DNA of 64,000 nt, taken from assembly GCF_009914755.1 (NCBI RefSeq), contig NC_060925.1. One strand, 5' to 3'. Origin of the DNA: the human T2T-CHM13v2.0 reference genome, Homo sapiens. The position numbers and the translations under genes were made by a program. The notes below the pieces were generated by a model, which saw only the letters and a list, made by a program, of their open reading frames with translations, made no database searches and had not been told where the DNA came from. Shown piece by piece: positions 47,101-58,826 of this stretch; within the stretch, counting starts at the first letter, position 1, and every line of letters begins with the position of its first letter.

Positions 47101-50100
47101 AATGATTCTCAGAAACTCCTTTGTGATGTGTGCGTTCAACACACAGAGTTTAACTTTTCTTTTCATAGAGCAGTTAGGAAACACTCTGTTTGTAAAGTCT
47201 GCAAGTGGATATTCAGACCTCTTTGAGGCCTTCGTTGGAAACGGGATTTCTTCATATTCTGCTAGACAGAAGAATTCTCAGTAACTTCCTTGTGTTGTGT
47301 GTATTCAACTGACAGAGTTGAACTTTCATTTAGAGAGAGCAGATTTGAAACACTGTTTTTGTGGAATTTGCAAGTGGAGATTTCAAGCGCTTTGGGGCCA
47401 AAGGCAGAAAAGGAAATATCTTCGTATAAAAACTAGACAGAATCATTCTCAGAAACTGCTGCGTGATGTGTGCGTTCACCTCTCAGAGTTTAACTTTTCT
47501 TTTCATTCAGCGGTTTGGAAACACTCTGTTTGTAAAGTCTGCACGTGGATATTTTGACCACTTAGAGGCCTTCGTTGGAAACGGGTTTTTTTCATGTAAG
47601 GCTAGACAGAAGAATTCCCAGTAACTTCCTTGTGTTGTGTGCATTCAACTCACAGAGTTGAACGTTCCCTTAGACAGAGCAGATTTGAAACACTCTATTT
47701 GTGCAATTTGCAAGTGTAGATTTCAAGCGCTTTAAGGTCAATGGCAGAAAAGGAAATATCTTCGTTTCAAAACTAGACAGAATCATTCCCACAAACTGCG
47801 TTGTGATGTGTGCGTTCAACTCAAAGAGTTTAACCTTTCTTTTCATAGAGCAGTTAGGAAACACTCTGTTTGTAAAGTCTGCAAGTGGATATTCAGACCT
47901 CCTTGAGGCCTTCGTTGGAAACGGGATTTCTTCATATTCTGCTAGACAGAAGAATTCTCAGTAAATTCCTTGTGTTGTGTGTATTCAACTCACAGACTTG
48001 AACGATCCTTTACACAGAGCAGACTTGAAACACTCTTTTTGTGGAATTTGCAAGTGGAGATTTCAGCCGCTTTGAGGTCAATGGTAGAAAAGGAAACTAT
48101 CTTCGTAGAAAGACTAGACAGAATGATTCTCAGAAACTCCTTTGTGATGTGTGTGTTCAACTCACAGAGTTTAACCTTTCTTTTCATAGAGCAGTTAGTA
48201 AACACTCTGTTTATAAAGTCTGCAAGTGGATATTCAGACCCCTTTGAGGCCTTCGTTGGAAACGGGATTTCTTCATATTATGCTAGACAGAAGAATTCTC
48301 AGTAACTTCCTTGTGTTGTGTGTATTCAACTGACAGAGTTGAACTTTCATTTAGAGAGAGCAGATTTGAAACACTGTTTTTGTGAAATTTGCAAGTGGAG
48401 ATTTCAAGCGCTTTGGGGCCAAAGGCAGAAAAGGAAATATCTTCGTATAAAAACTAGACAGAATCATTCTCAGAAACTGCTGCGTGATGTGTTCGTTCAA
48501 CTCTCAGAGTTTAACTTTTCTTTTCATTCAGCGGTTTGGAAACACTCTGTTTGTAAAGTCTGCACGTGGATATTTTGACCACTTAGAGGCCTTCGTTGGA
48601 AACGGGTTTTTTTCATGTAAGGCTAGACAGAAGAATTCCCAGTAACTTCCTTGTGTTGTGTGCATTCAACTCACAGAGTTGAACCTTCCCTTAGACAGAG
48701 CAGATTTGAAACACTCTATTTGTGCAATTTGCAAGTGAAGATTTCAAGCGCTTTAAGGTCAATGGCAGAAAAGGAAATATCTTCGTTTCAAAACTAGACA
48801 GAATCATTCCCACAAACTGCGTTGTGATGTGTTCGTTCAACTCACAGAGTTTAACCTTTCTGTTCATAGAGCAGTTAGGAAAAACTCTGTTTGTAAAGTC
48901 TGTAAGTGGATATTCTGACATCTTGTGGCCTTCGTTGGAAACGGGATTTCTTCATATTCTGCTAGACAGAAGAATTCTCAGTAACTTCCTTGTGTTGTGT
49001 GTATTCAACTCACAGAGTTGAACGATCCTTTACACAGAGCAGACTTGAAACACTCTTTTTGTGGAATTTGCAAGTGGAGATTTCAGCCGCTTTGAGGTCA
49101 ATGGTAGAAAAGGAAATATCTTCGTATAAAGACTAGACAGAATGATTCTCAGGAACTCCTATGTGATGTGTGCGTTCAACTCACAGAGTTTAACTTTTCT
49201 TTTCATAGAGCAGTTAGGAAACACTCTGTTTGTAAAGTCTGCAAGTGGATATTCAGACCTCTTGAGGCCTTCGTTGGAAACGGGATTTCTTCATATTATG
49301 CTAGACAGAATAATTCTCAGTAACTTCCTTGTGTTCTGTGTATTCAACTCTCAGAGTTGAACGATCCTTTACAGAGAGCAGACTTGAAACACTCTTTTTG
49401 TGGAATTTGCAAGTGGAGATTTCAGCCGCTTTGAGGACAATGGTAGAAAAGGAAATATCTTCGTATAAAGACTAGACAGAATGATTCTCAGAAACTCCTT
49501 TGTGATGTGTGCGTTCAACTCACAGAGTTCAACTTTTCTTTTCATAGAGCAGTTAGGAAACACTCTGTTTGTAAAGTCTGCAAGTGGATATTCAGACCTC
49601 TTTGAGGCCTTCGTTGGAAACGGGATTTCTTCATATTCTGCAAGACAGAAGAATTCTCAGTAACTTCCTTGTGTTGTGTGTATTCAACTCACAGAGTTGA
49701 ACGATCCTTTACAGAGAGCAGACTTTAAACACTCTTTTTGTGGAATTTGCAAGTGGAGATTTCAGCCGCTTTGAGGTCAATGGTAGAAAAGGAAATATCT
49801 TCGTATAAAGACTAGACAGAATGATTCTCAGAAACTCCTTTGTGATGTGTGCGTTCAACACACAGAGTTTAACTTTTCTTTTCATAGAGCAGTTAGGAAA
49901 CACTCTGTTTGTAAAGTCTGCAAGTGGATATTCAGACCTCTTTGAGGCCTTCGTTGGAAACGGGATTTCTTCATATTCTGCTAGACAGAAGAATTCTCAG
50001 TAACTTCCTTGTGTTGTGTGTATTCAACTCACAGAGTTGAACGATCCTTTACAGAGAGCAGACTTTAAACACTCTTTTTGTGGAATTTGCAAGTGGAGAT

Positions 50101-50369
50101 TTCAGCCGCTTTGAGGTCAATGGTAGAAAAGGAAATATCTTCGTATAAAGACTAGACAGAATGATTCTCAGAAACTCCTTTGTGATGTGTGCGTTCAACA
50201 CACAGAGTTTAACTTTTCTTTTCATAGAGCAGTTAGGAAACACTCTGTTTGTAAAGTCTGCAAGTGGATATTCAGACCTCTTTGAGGCCTTCGTTGGAAA
50301 CGGGATTTCTTCATATTCTGCTAGACAGAAGAATTCTCAGTAACTTCCTTGTGTTGTGTGTATTCAACT
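44138..50369 (+). repeat. Apparently perfect 3059-bp tandem duplication (a 6-mer plus a 12-mer HOR)
   Basis: Rare variants repeat at +3059: GTTCACCTCTC (~44420/47479), AGTAAATTCC (~44906/47965), TTGTGAAATT (~45326/48385), GAACCTTCCC, CAAGTGAAG, CTCCTATGTG, GAGGACAATG. ORF translations are also identical at +3059. Confidence 0.9.
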
Positions 50370-50670
50370 CACAGAGTTGAACGATCCATTACACAGAGCA
50401 GACTTGAAACACTCTTTTTGTGGAATTTGCAAGTGGAGATTTCAGCCGCTTTGAGGTCAATGGTAGAAAAGGAAATATCTTCGTATAAAGACTAGACAGA
50501 ATGATTCTCAGAATCTCCTTTGTAATGTGTGCGTTCAACTCACAGAGTTTAACCTTTCTTTTCATAGAGCAGTTAGTAAACACTCTGTTTATAAAGTCTG
50601 CAAGTGGATATTCAGACCCCTTTGAGGCCTTCTTTGGAAACGGGATTTCTTCATATTATGCTAGACAGAA

Positions 50671-53600
50671 GAATTCTCAGTAACTTCCTTGTGTTGTGTG
50701 TATTCAACTGACAGAGTTGAACTTTCATTTAGAGAGAGCAGATTTGAAACACTGTTTTTGTGGAATTTGCAAGTGGAGATTTCAAGCGCTTTGGGGCCAA
50801 AGGCAGAAAAGGAAATATCTTCGTATAAAAACTAGACAGAATCATTCTCAGAAACTGCTGCGTGATGTGTGCGTTCAACTCTCAGAGTTTAACTTTTCTT
50901 TTCATTCAGCGGTTTGGAAACACTCTGTTTGTAAAGTCTGCACGTGGATATTTTGACCACTTAGAGGCCTTCGTTGGAAACGGGTTTTTTTCATGTAAGG
51001 CTAGACAGAAGATTTCCCAGTAACTTCCTTGTGTTGTGTGCATTCAACTCACAGAGTTGAACGTTCCCTTAGACAGAGCAGATTTGAAACACTCTATTTG
51101 TGCAATTTGCAAGTGTAGATTTCAAGCGCTTTAAGGTCAATGGCAGAAAAGGAAATATCTTCGTTTCAAAACTAGACAGAATCATTCCCACAAACTGCGT
51201 TGTGATGTGTTCGTTCAACCCACAGAGTTTAACCTTTCTGTTCATAGAGCAGTTAGGAAACACTCTGTTTGTAAAGTATGAAAGTGGATATTCTGACATC
51301 TTGTGGCCTTCGTTGGAAACGGGCTTTCTTCATATTCTGCTAGACAGAAGAATTCTCAGTAACTTCCTTGTGTTGTGTGTATTCAACTCACAGAGTTGAA
51401 CGATCCTTTACACAGAGCAGACTTGAAACACTCTTTTTGTGGAATTTGCAAGTGGAGATTTCAGCCGCTTTGAGGTCAATGGTAGAAAAGGAAATATCTT
51501 CGTATAGAAACAAGACAGAATGATTCTCAGAAACTCCTTTGTGATGTGTGCGTTCAACTCACAGAGTTTAACCTTTCTTTTCGTAGAGCAGTTAGGAAAC
51601 ACTCTGTTTGTAAAGTCTGCAAGTGGATATTCAGACCTCCTTGAGGCCTTCGTTGGAAATGGGATTTCTTCATATTCTGCTAGACAGAAGAATTCTCACT
51701 AACTTCCTTGTGTTGTGTGTATTCAACTCACAGAGTTGAACGATCCTTTACACAGAGCAGACTTGAAACACTCTTTTTGTGGAATTTGCAAGTGGAGATT
51801 TCAGCCGCTTTGAGGTCAACGGTAGAAAAGGAAATATCTTCGTATAAAGACTAGACAGAATGATTCTCAGAAACTCCTTTGTGATGTGTGCGTTCAACTC
51901 ACAGAGTTTAACTTTTCTTTTCATAGAGCAGTTAGGAAACACTCTGTTTGTAAAGTCTGCAAGTGGATATTCAGACCTCTTTGAGGCCTTCGTTGGAAAC
52001 GGGATTTCTTCATATTCTGCTAGACAGAAGAATTCTCAGTAACTTCCTTGTGTTGTGTGTATTCAACTCACAGAGTTGAACGATCCTTTACACAGAGCAG
52101 ACTTGAAACACTCTTTTTGTGGAATTTGCAAGTGGAGATTTCAGCCGCTTTGAGGTCAATAGTAGAAAAGGAAATATCTTCGTAGAAAAACTAGACAGAA
52201 TGATTCTCAGAAACTCCTTTGTGATATGTGTGTTCAACTCACAGAATTTAAGCTTTCTTTTCATAGAGCAGTTAGTAAACACTCTGTTTATAATGTCTGC
52301 AAGTGGATATTCAGACCCCTTTGAGGCCTTCGTTGGAAACGGGATTTCTTCATATTATGCCAGACAGAAGAATTCTCAGTAACTTCCTTGTGTTGTGTGT
52401 ATTCAACTGACAGAGTTGAACTTTCATTTAGAGAGAGCAGATTTGAAACACTGTTTTTGTGAAATTTGCAAGTGGAGATTTCAAGCGCTTTGGGGCCAAA
52501 GGCAGAAAAGGAAATATCTTCGTATAAAAACTAGACAGAATCATTCTCAGAAACTGCTGCGTGATGTGTGCGTTCAACTCTCAGAGTTTAACTTTTCTTT
52601 TCATTCAGCGGTTTGGAAACACTCTGTTTGTAAAGTCTGCACGTGGATATTTTGACCACTTAGAGGCCTTCGTTGGAAACGGGTTTTTTTCATGTAAGGC
52701 TAGACAGAAGAATTCCCAGTAACTTCCTTGTGTTGTGTGCATTCAACTCATAGAGTTGAACGTTCCCTTAGACAGAGCAGATTTGAAACACTCTATTTGT
52801 GCAATTTGCAAGTGTAGATTTCAAGCGCTTTAAGGTCAATGGCAGAAAAGGAAATATCTTCGTTTCAAAACTAGACAGAATCATTCCCACAAACTGCGTT
52901 GTGATGTGTTCGTTCAACTCACAGAGTTTAACCTTTCTGTTCATAGAGCAGTTAGGAAAAACTCTGTTTGTAAAGTCTGTAAGTGGATATTCTGACATCT
53001 TGTGGCCTTCGTTGGAAACGGGATTTCTTCATATTCTGCTAGACAGAAGAATTCTCAGTAACTTCCTTGTGTTGTGTCTATTCAACTCACAGAGTTGAAC
53101 GATCCTTTACACAGAGCAGACTTGAAACACTCTTTTTGTGGAATTTGCAAGTGGAGATTTCAGCCGCTTTGAGGTCAGTGGTAGAATAGGAAATATCTTC
53201 CTATAGAAAATAGACAGAATGATTCTCAGAAACTCCTTTGTGATGTGTGCGTTCAACTCACAGAGTTTAACCTTTCTTTTCATAGAGCAGTTAGGAAACA
53301 CTCTGTTTGTAAAGTCTGCAAGTGGATATTCAGACCTCTTTGAGGCCTTCGTTGGAAACGGGATTTCTTCATATTCTGCTAGACAGAAGAATTCTCAGTA
53401 ACTTCCTTGTGTTGTGTGTATTCAACTCACAGAGTTGAACGATCCTTTACACAGAGCAGACTTGAAACACTCTTTTTGTGGAATTTGCAAGTGGAGATTT
53501 CAGCCGCTTTGAGGTCAATGGTAGAAAAGGAAATATCTTCGTATAGAAACAAGTCAGAATGATTCTCAGAAACTCCTTTGTGATGTGTGCGTTCAACTCA

Positions 53601-56600
53601 CAGAGTTTAACCTTTCTTTTCATAGAGCAGTTAGGAAACACTCTGTTTGTAAAGTCTGCAAGTGGATATTCAGACCTCTTTGAGGCCTTCGTTGGAAACG
53701 GGATTTCTTCATATTCTGCTAGACAGAAGAATTCTCACTAACTTCCTTGTGTTGTGTGTATTCAACTCACGGAGTTGAACGATCCTTTACACAGAGCAGA
53801 CTTGAAACACACTTTTTGTGAAATTTGCAAGTGGAGATTTCAGCCGCTTTGAGGTCAATGGTAGAAAAGGAAATATCTTCGTATAAAGACTAGACAGAAT
53901 GATTCTCAGAAACTCGTTTGTGATGTGTGCGTTCAACTCACAGAGATTAACTTTTCTTTTCATAGAGCAGTTAGGAAACACTCTGTTTGTAAAGTCTGCA
54001 AGTGGATATTCAGACCTCTTTGTGGCCTTCGTTGGAAACGTGATTTCTTCATATTATGCTAGACAGAATAATTCTCAGTAACTTCCTTGTGTTGTGTGTA
54101 TTCAACTCTCAGAGTTGAACGATCCTTTACAGAGAGCAGACTTGAAACACTCTTTTTGTGGAATTTGCAATTGGAGATTTCAGCCGCTTTGAGGTCAATG
54201 GTAGAATAGGAAATATCTTCCTACAGAAACTAGACAGAATGATTCTCATAAACTCCTTTGTGATGTGTGCGTTCAACTCACAGAGTTTAACCTTTCTTTT
54301 CATAGAGCAGTTAGGAAACACTCTGTTTGTAAAGTCTGCAAGTGGATATTCAGACCTCTTTGAGGCCTTCGTTGGAAACGGGATTTCTTCATATTCTGCT
54401 AGACAGAAGAATTCTCAGTAACTTCCTTGTGTTGTGTGTATTCAACTCACAGAGTTGAACGATCCTTTACACAGAGCAGACTTTAAACACTCTTTTTGTG
54501 GAATTTGCAAGTGGAGATTTCAGCCGCTTTGAGGTCAATAGTAGAAAAGGAAATATTTTCGTAGAAAAACTAGACAGAATGATTCTCAGAAACTCCTTTG
54601 TGATGTGTGTGTTCAACTCACAGAGTTTAACCTTTCTTTTCATAGAGAAGTTATTAAACACTCTGTTTATAAAGTCTGCAAGTGGATATTCAGACCCCTT
54701 TGAGGCCTTCGTTGGAAACGGGATTTCTTCATATTATGCTAGACAGAAGAATTCTCAGTAACTTCCTTGTGTTGTGTGTATTCAACTGACAGAGTTGAAC
54801 TTTCATTTAGAGAGAGCAGATTTGAAACACTGTTTTTGTGGAATTTGCAAGTGGAGATTTCAAGCGCTTTGGGGCCAAAGGCAGAAAAGGAAATATCTTC
54901 GTATAAAAACTAGACAGAATCATTCTCAGAAACTGCTGCGTGATGTGTGCGTTCAACTCTCAGAGTTTAACTTTTCTTTTCATTCAGCGGTTTGGAAACA
55001 CTCTGTTTGTAAAGTCTGCACGTGGATATTTTGACCACTTAGAGGCCTTCGTTGGAAACGGGTTTTTTTCATGTAAGGCTAGACAGAAGATTTCCCAGTA
55101 ACTTCCTTGTGTTGTGTGCATTCAACTCACAGAGTTGAACGTTCCCTTAGACAGAGCAGATTTGAAACACTCTATTTGTGCAATTTGCAAGTGTAGATTT
55201 CAAGCGCTTTAAGGTCAATGGCAGAAAAGGAAATATCTTCGTTTCAAAACTAGACAGAATCATTCCCACAAACTGCGTTGTGATGTGTTCGTTCAACCCA
55301 CAGAGTTTAACCTTTCTGTTCATAGAGCAGTTAGGAAACACTCTGTTTGTAAAGTATGAAAGTGGATATTCTGACATCTTGTGGCCTTCGTTGGAAACGG
55401 GCTTTCTTCATATTCTGCTAGACAGAAGAATTCTCAGTAACTTCCTTGTGTTGTGTGTATTCAACTCACAGAGTTGAACGATCCTTTACACAGAGCAGAC
55501 TTGAAACACTCTTTTTGTGGAATTTGCAAGTGGAGATTTCAGCCGCTTTGAGGTCAATGGTAGAAAAGGAAATATCTTCGTATAGAAACAAGACAGAATG
55601 ATTCTCAGAAACTCCTTTGTGATGTGTGCGTTCAACTCACAGAGTTTAACCTTTCTTTTCGTAGAGCAGTTAGGAAACACTCTGTTTGTAAAGTCTGCAA
55701 GTGGATATTCAGACCTCCTTGAGGCCTTCGTTGGAAATGGGATTTCTTCATATTCTGCTAGACAGAAGAATTCTCACTAACTTCCTTGTGTTGTGTGTAT
55801 TCAACTCACAGAGTTGAACGATCCTTTACACAGAGCAGACTTGAAACACTCTTTTTGTGGAATTTGCAAGTGGAGATTTCAGCCGCTTTGAGGTCAACGG
55901 TAGAAAAGGAAATATCTTCGTATAAAGACTAGACAGAATGATTCTCAGAAACTCCTTTGTGATGTGTGCGTTCAACTCACAGAGTTTAACTTTTCTTTTC
56001 ATAGAGCAGTTAGGAAACACTCTGTTTGTAAAGTCTGCAAGTGGATATTCAGACCTCTTTGAGGCCTTCGTTGGAAACGGGATTTCTTCATATTATGCTA
56101 GACAGAAGAATTCTCAGTAACTTCCTTGTGTTGTGTGTATTCAAGTGTCAGAGTTGAACGATCCTTTACAGAGAGCAGACTTCAAACACTCTTTTTGTGG
56201 AATTTGCAAGTGGAGATTTCAGCCGCTTTGAGGTCAATGGTAGAATAGGAAATATCTTCCTATAGAAACTAGACAGAATGATTCTCAGAAACTCCTTTGT
56301 GATGTGTGCGTTCAGCTCACAGAGTTTAACCTTTCTTTTCATAGAGCAGTTCGGAAACACTCTGTTTGTAAAGTCTGCAAGTGGATATTCAGACCTCTTT
56401 GAGGCCTTCGTTGGAAACGGGATTTCTTCATATTCTGCTAGACAGAAGAATTCTCAGTAACTTCCTTGTGTTGTGTGTATTCAACTCACAGAGTTGAACG
56501 ATCCTTTACACAGAGCAGACTTGAAACACTCTTTTTGTGGAATTTGCAAGTGGAGATTTCAGCCGCTTTGAGGTCAATGGTAGAAAAGGAAATATCTTCG

Positions 56601-58826
56601 TAGAAAAACTAGACAGAATGATTCTCAGAAACTCCTTTGTGATGTGTGTGTTCAACTCACAGAATTTAAGCTTTCTTTTCATAGAGCAGTTAGTAAACAC
56701 TCTGTTTATAATGTCTGCAAGTGGATATTCAGACCCCTTTGAGGCCTTCGTTGGAAACGGGATTTCTTCATATTATGCCAGACAGAAGAATTCTCAGTAA
56801 CTTCCTTGTGTTGTGTGTATTCAACTGACAGAGTTGAACTTTCATTTAGAGAGAGCAGATTTGAAACACTGTTTTTGTGGAATTTGCAAGTGGAGATTTC
56901 AAGCGCTTTGGGGCCAAAGGCAGAAAAGGAAATATCTTCGTATAAAAACTAGACAGAATCATTCTCAGAAACTGCTGCGTGATGTGTGCGTTCAACTCTC
57001 AGAGTTTAACTTTTCTTTTCATTCAGCGGTTTGGAAACACTCTGTTTGTAAAGTCTGCACGTGGATATTTTGACCACTTAGAGGCCTTCGTTGGAAACGG
57101 GTTTTTTTCATGTAAGGCTAGACAGAAGAATTCCCAGTAACTTCCTTGTGTTGTGTGCATTCAACTCACAGAGTTGAACGTTCCCTTAGACAGAGCAGAT
57201 TTGAAACACTCTATTTATGCAATTTGCAAGTGTAGATTTCAAGCGCTTTAAGGTCAATGGCAGAAAAGGAAATATCTTCGTTTCAAAACTAGACAGAATC
57301 ATTCCCACAAACTGCGTTGTGATGTGTTCGTTCAACTCACAGAGTTTAACCTTTCTGTTCATAGAGCAGTTAGGAAACACTGTGTTAGTAAAGTCTGTAA
57401 GTGGATATTCTGACATCTTGTGGCCTTCGTTGGAAACGGGATTTCTTCATATTCTGCTAGACAGAAGAATTCTCAGTAACTTCCTTGTGTTGTGTGTATT
57501 CACCTCACAGAGTTGAACGATCCTTTACACAGAGCAGACTTGAAACACTCTTTTTGTGGAATTTGCAAGTGGAGATTTCAGCCGCTTTGAGGTCAATGGT
57601 AGAATAGGATATATCTTCCTATAGAAAATAGACAGAATGATTCTCAGAAACTTCTTTGTGATGTGTGCGTTCAACTCACAGAGTTTAACCTTTCTTTTCA
57701 TAGAGCAGTTAGGAAACACTCTGTTTGTAAAGTCTGCAAGTGGATATTCAGACCTCCTTGAGGCCTTCGTTGGAAATGGGATTTCTTCATATTCTGCTAG
57801 ACAGAAGAATTCTCACTAACTTCCTTGTGTTGTGTGTATTCAACTCACAGAGTTGAACGATCCTTTACACAGAGCAGACTTGAAACACTCTTTTTGTAGA
57901 ATTGGCAAGTGGAGATTTCAGCCGCTTTGAGGTCAATGGTAGAAAAGGAAATATCTTCGTAGAAAGACTAGACAGAATGATTCTCAGAAACTCCTTTGTG
58001 ATGTGTGTGTTCAACTCACAGAGTTTAACTTTTCTTTTCATAGAGCAGTTAGGAAACACTCTGTTTGTAAAGTCTGCAAGTGGATATTCAGACCTCTTTG
58101 TGGCCTTCGTTGGAAACGGGATTTCTTCATATTATGCTAGACAGAATAATTCTCAGTAACTTCCTTGTGTTGTGTGTATTCAACTCTCAGAGTTGAACGA
58201 TCCTTTACAGAGAGCAGACTTGAAACACTCTTTTTGTGGAATTTGCAAGTGGAGATTTCAGCCGCTTTGAGGTCAATGGTAGAATAGGAAATATCTTCCT
58301 ATAGAAACTAGACAGAATGATTCTCATAAACTCCTTTGTGATGTGTGCGTTCAACTCTCAGAGTTTAACCTTTCTTTTCATAGAGCAGTTAGGAAACACT
58401 CTGTTTGTAAAGTCTGGAAGTGGATATTCAGACCTCTTTGAGGCCTTCGTTGGAAACGGGATTTCTTCATATTCTGCTAGACAGAAGAATTCTCAGTAAC
58501 TTCCTTGTGTTGTGTTTATTCAACTCACAGAGTTGAACGATCCTTTACACAGAGCAGACTTGAAACACTCTTTATGTGGAATTTGCAAGTGGAGATTTCA
58601 GCCGCTTTGAGGTCAATAGTAGAAAAGGAAATATCTTCGTAGAAAAACTAGACAGAATGATTCTCAGAAACTGCTTTGTGATGTGTGTGTTCAACTCACA
58701 GAGTTTAACCTTTCTTTTCATAGAGCAGTTAGTAAACACTCTGTTTATAAAGTCTGCAAGTGGATATTCAGACCCCTTTGAGGCCTTCGTTGGAAACGGG
58801 ATTTCTTCATATTATGCTAGACAGAA
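50671..58826 (+). repeat. Imperfect tandem duplication of a 4078-bp (24-monomer) super-unit
   Basis: Anchors at 50696, 54774 and 58852 are spaced 4078 bp apart. Shared rare variants at +4078: GATTTCCCAG, CAACCCACAG, AGTATGAAAG, CGGGCTTTC, TTCGTAGAG, GTCAACGGTAGAAAAG. Confidence 0.82.
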
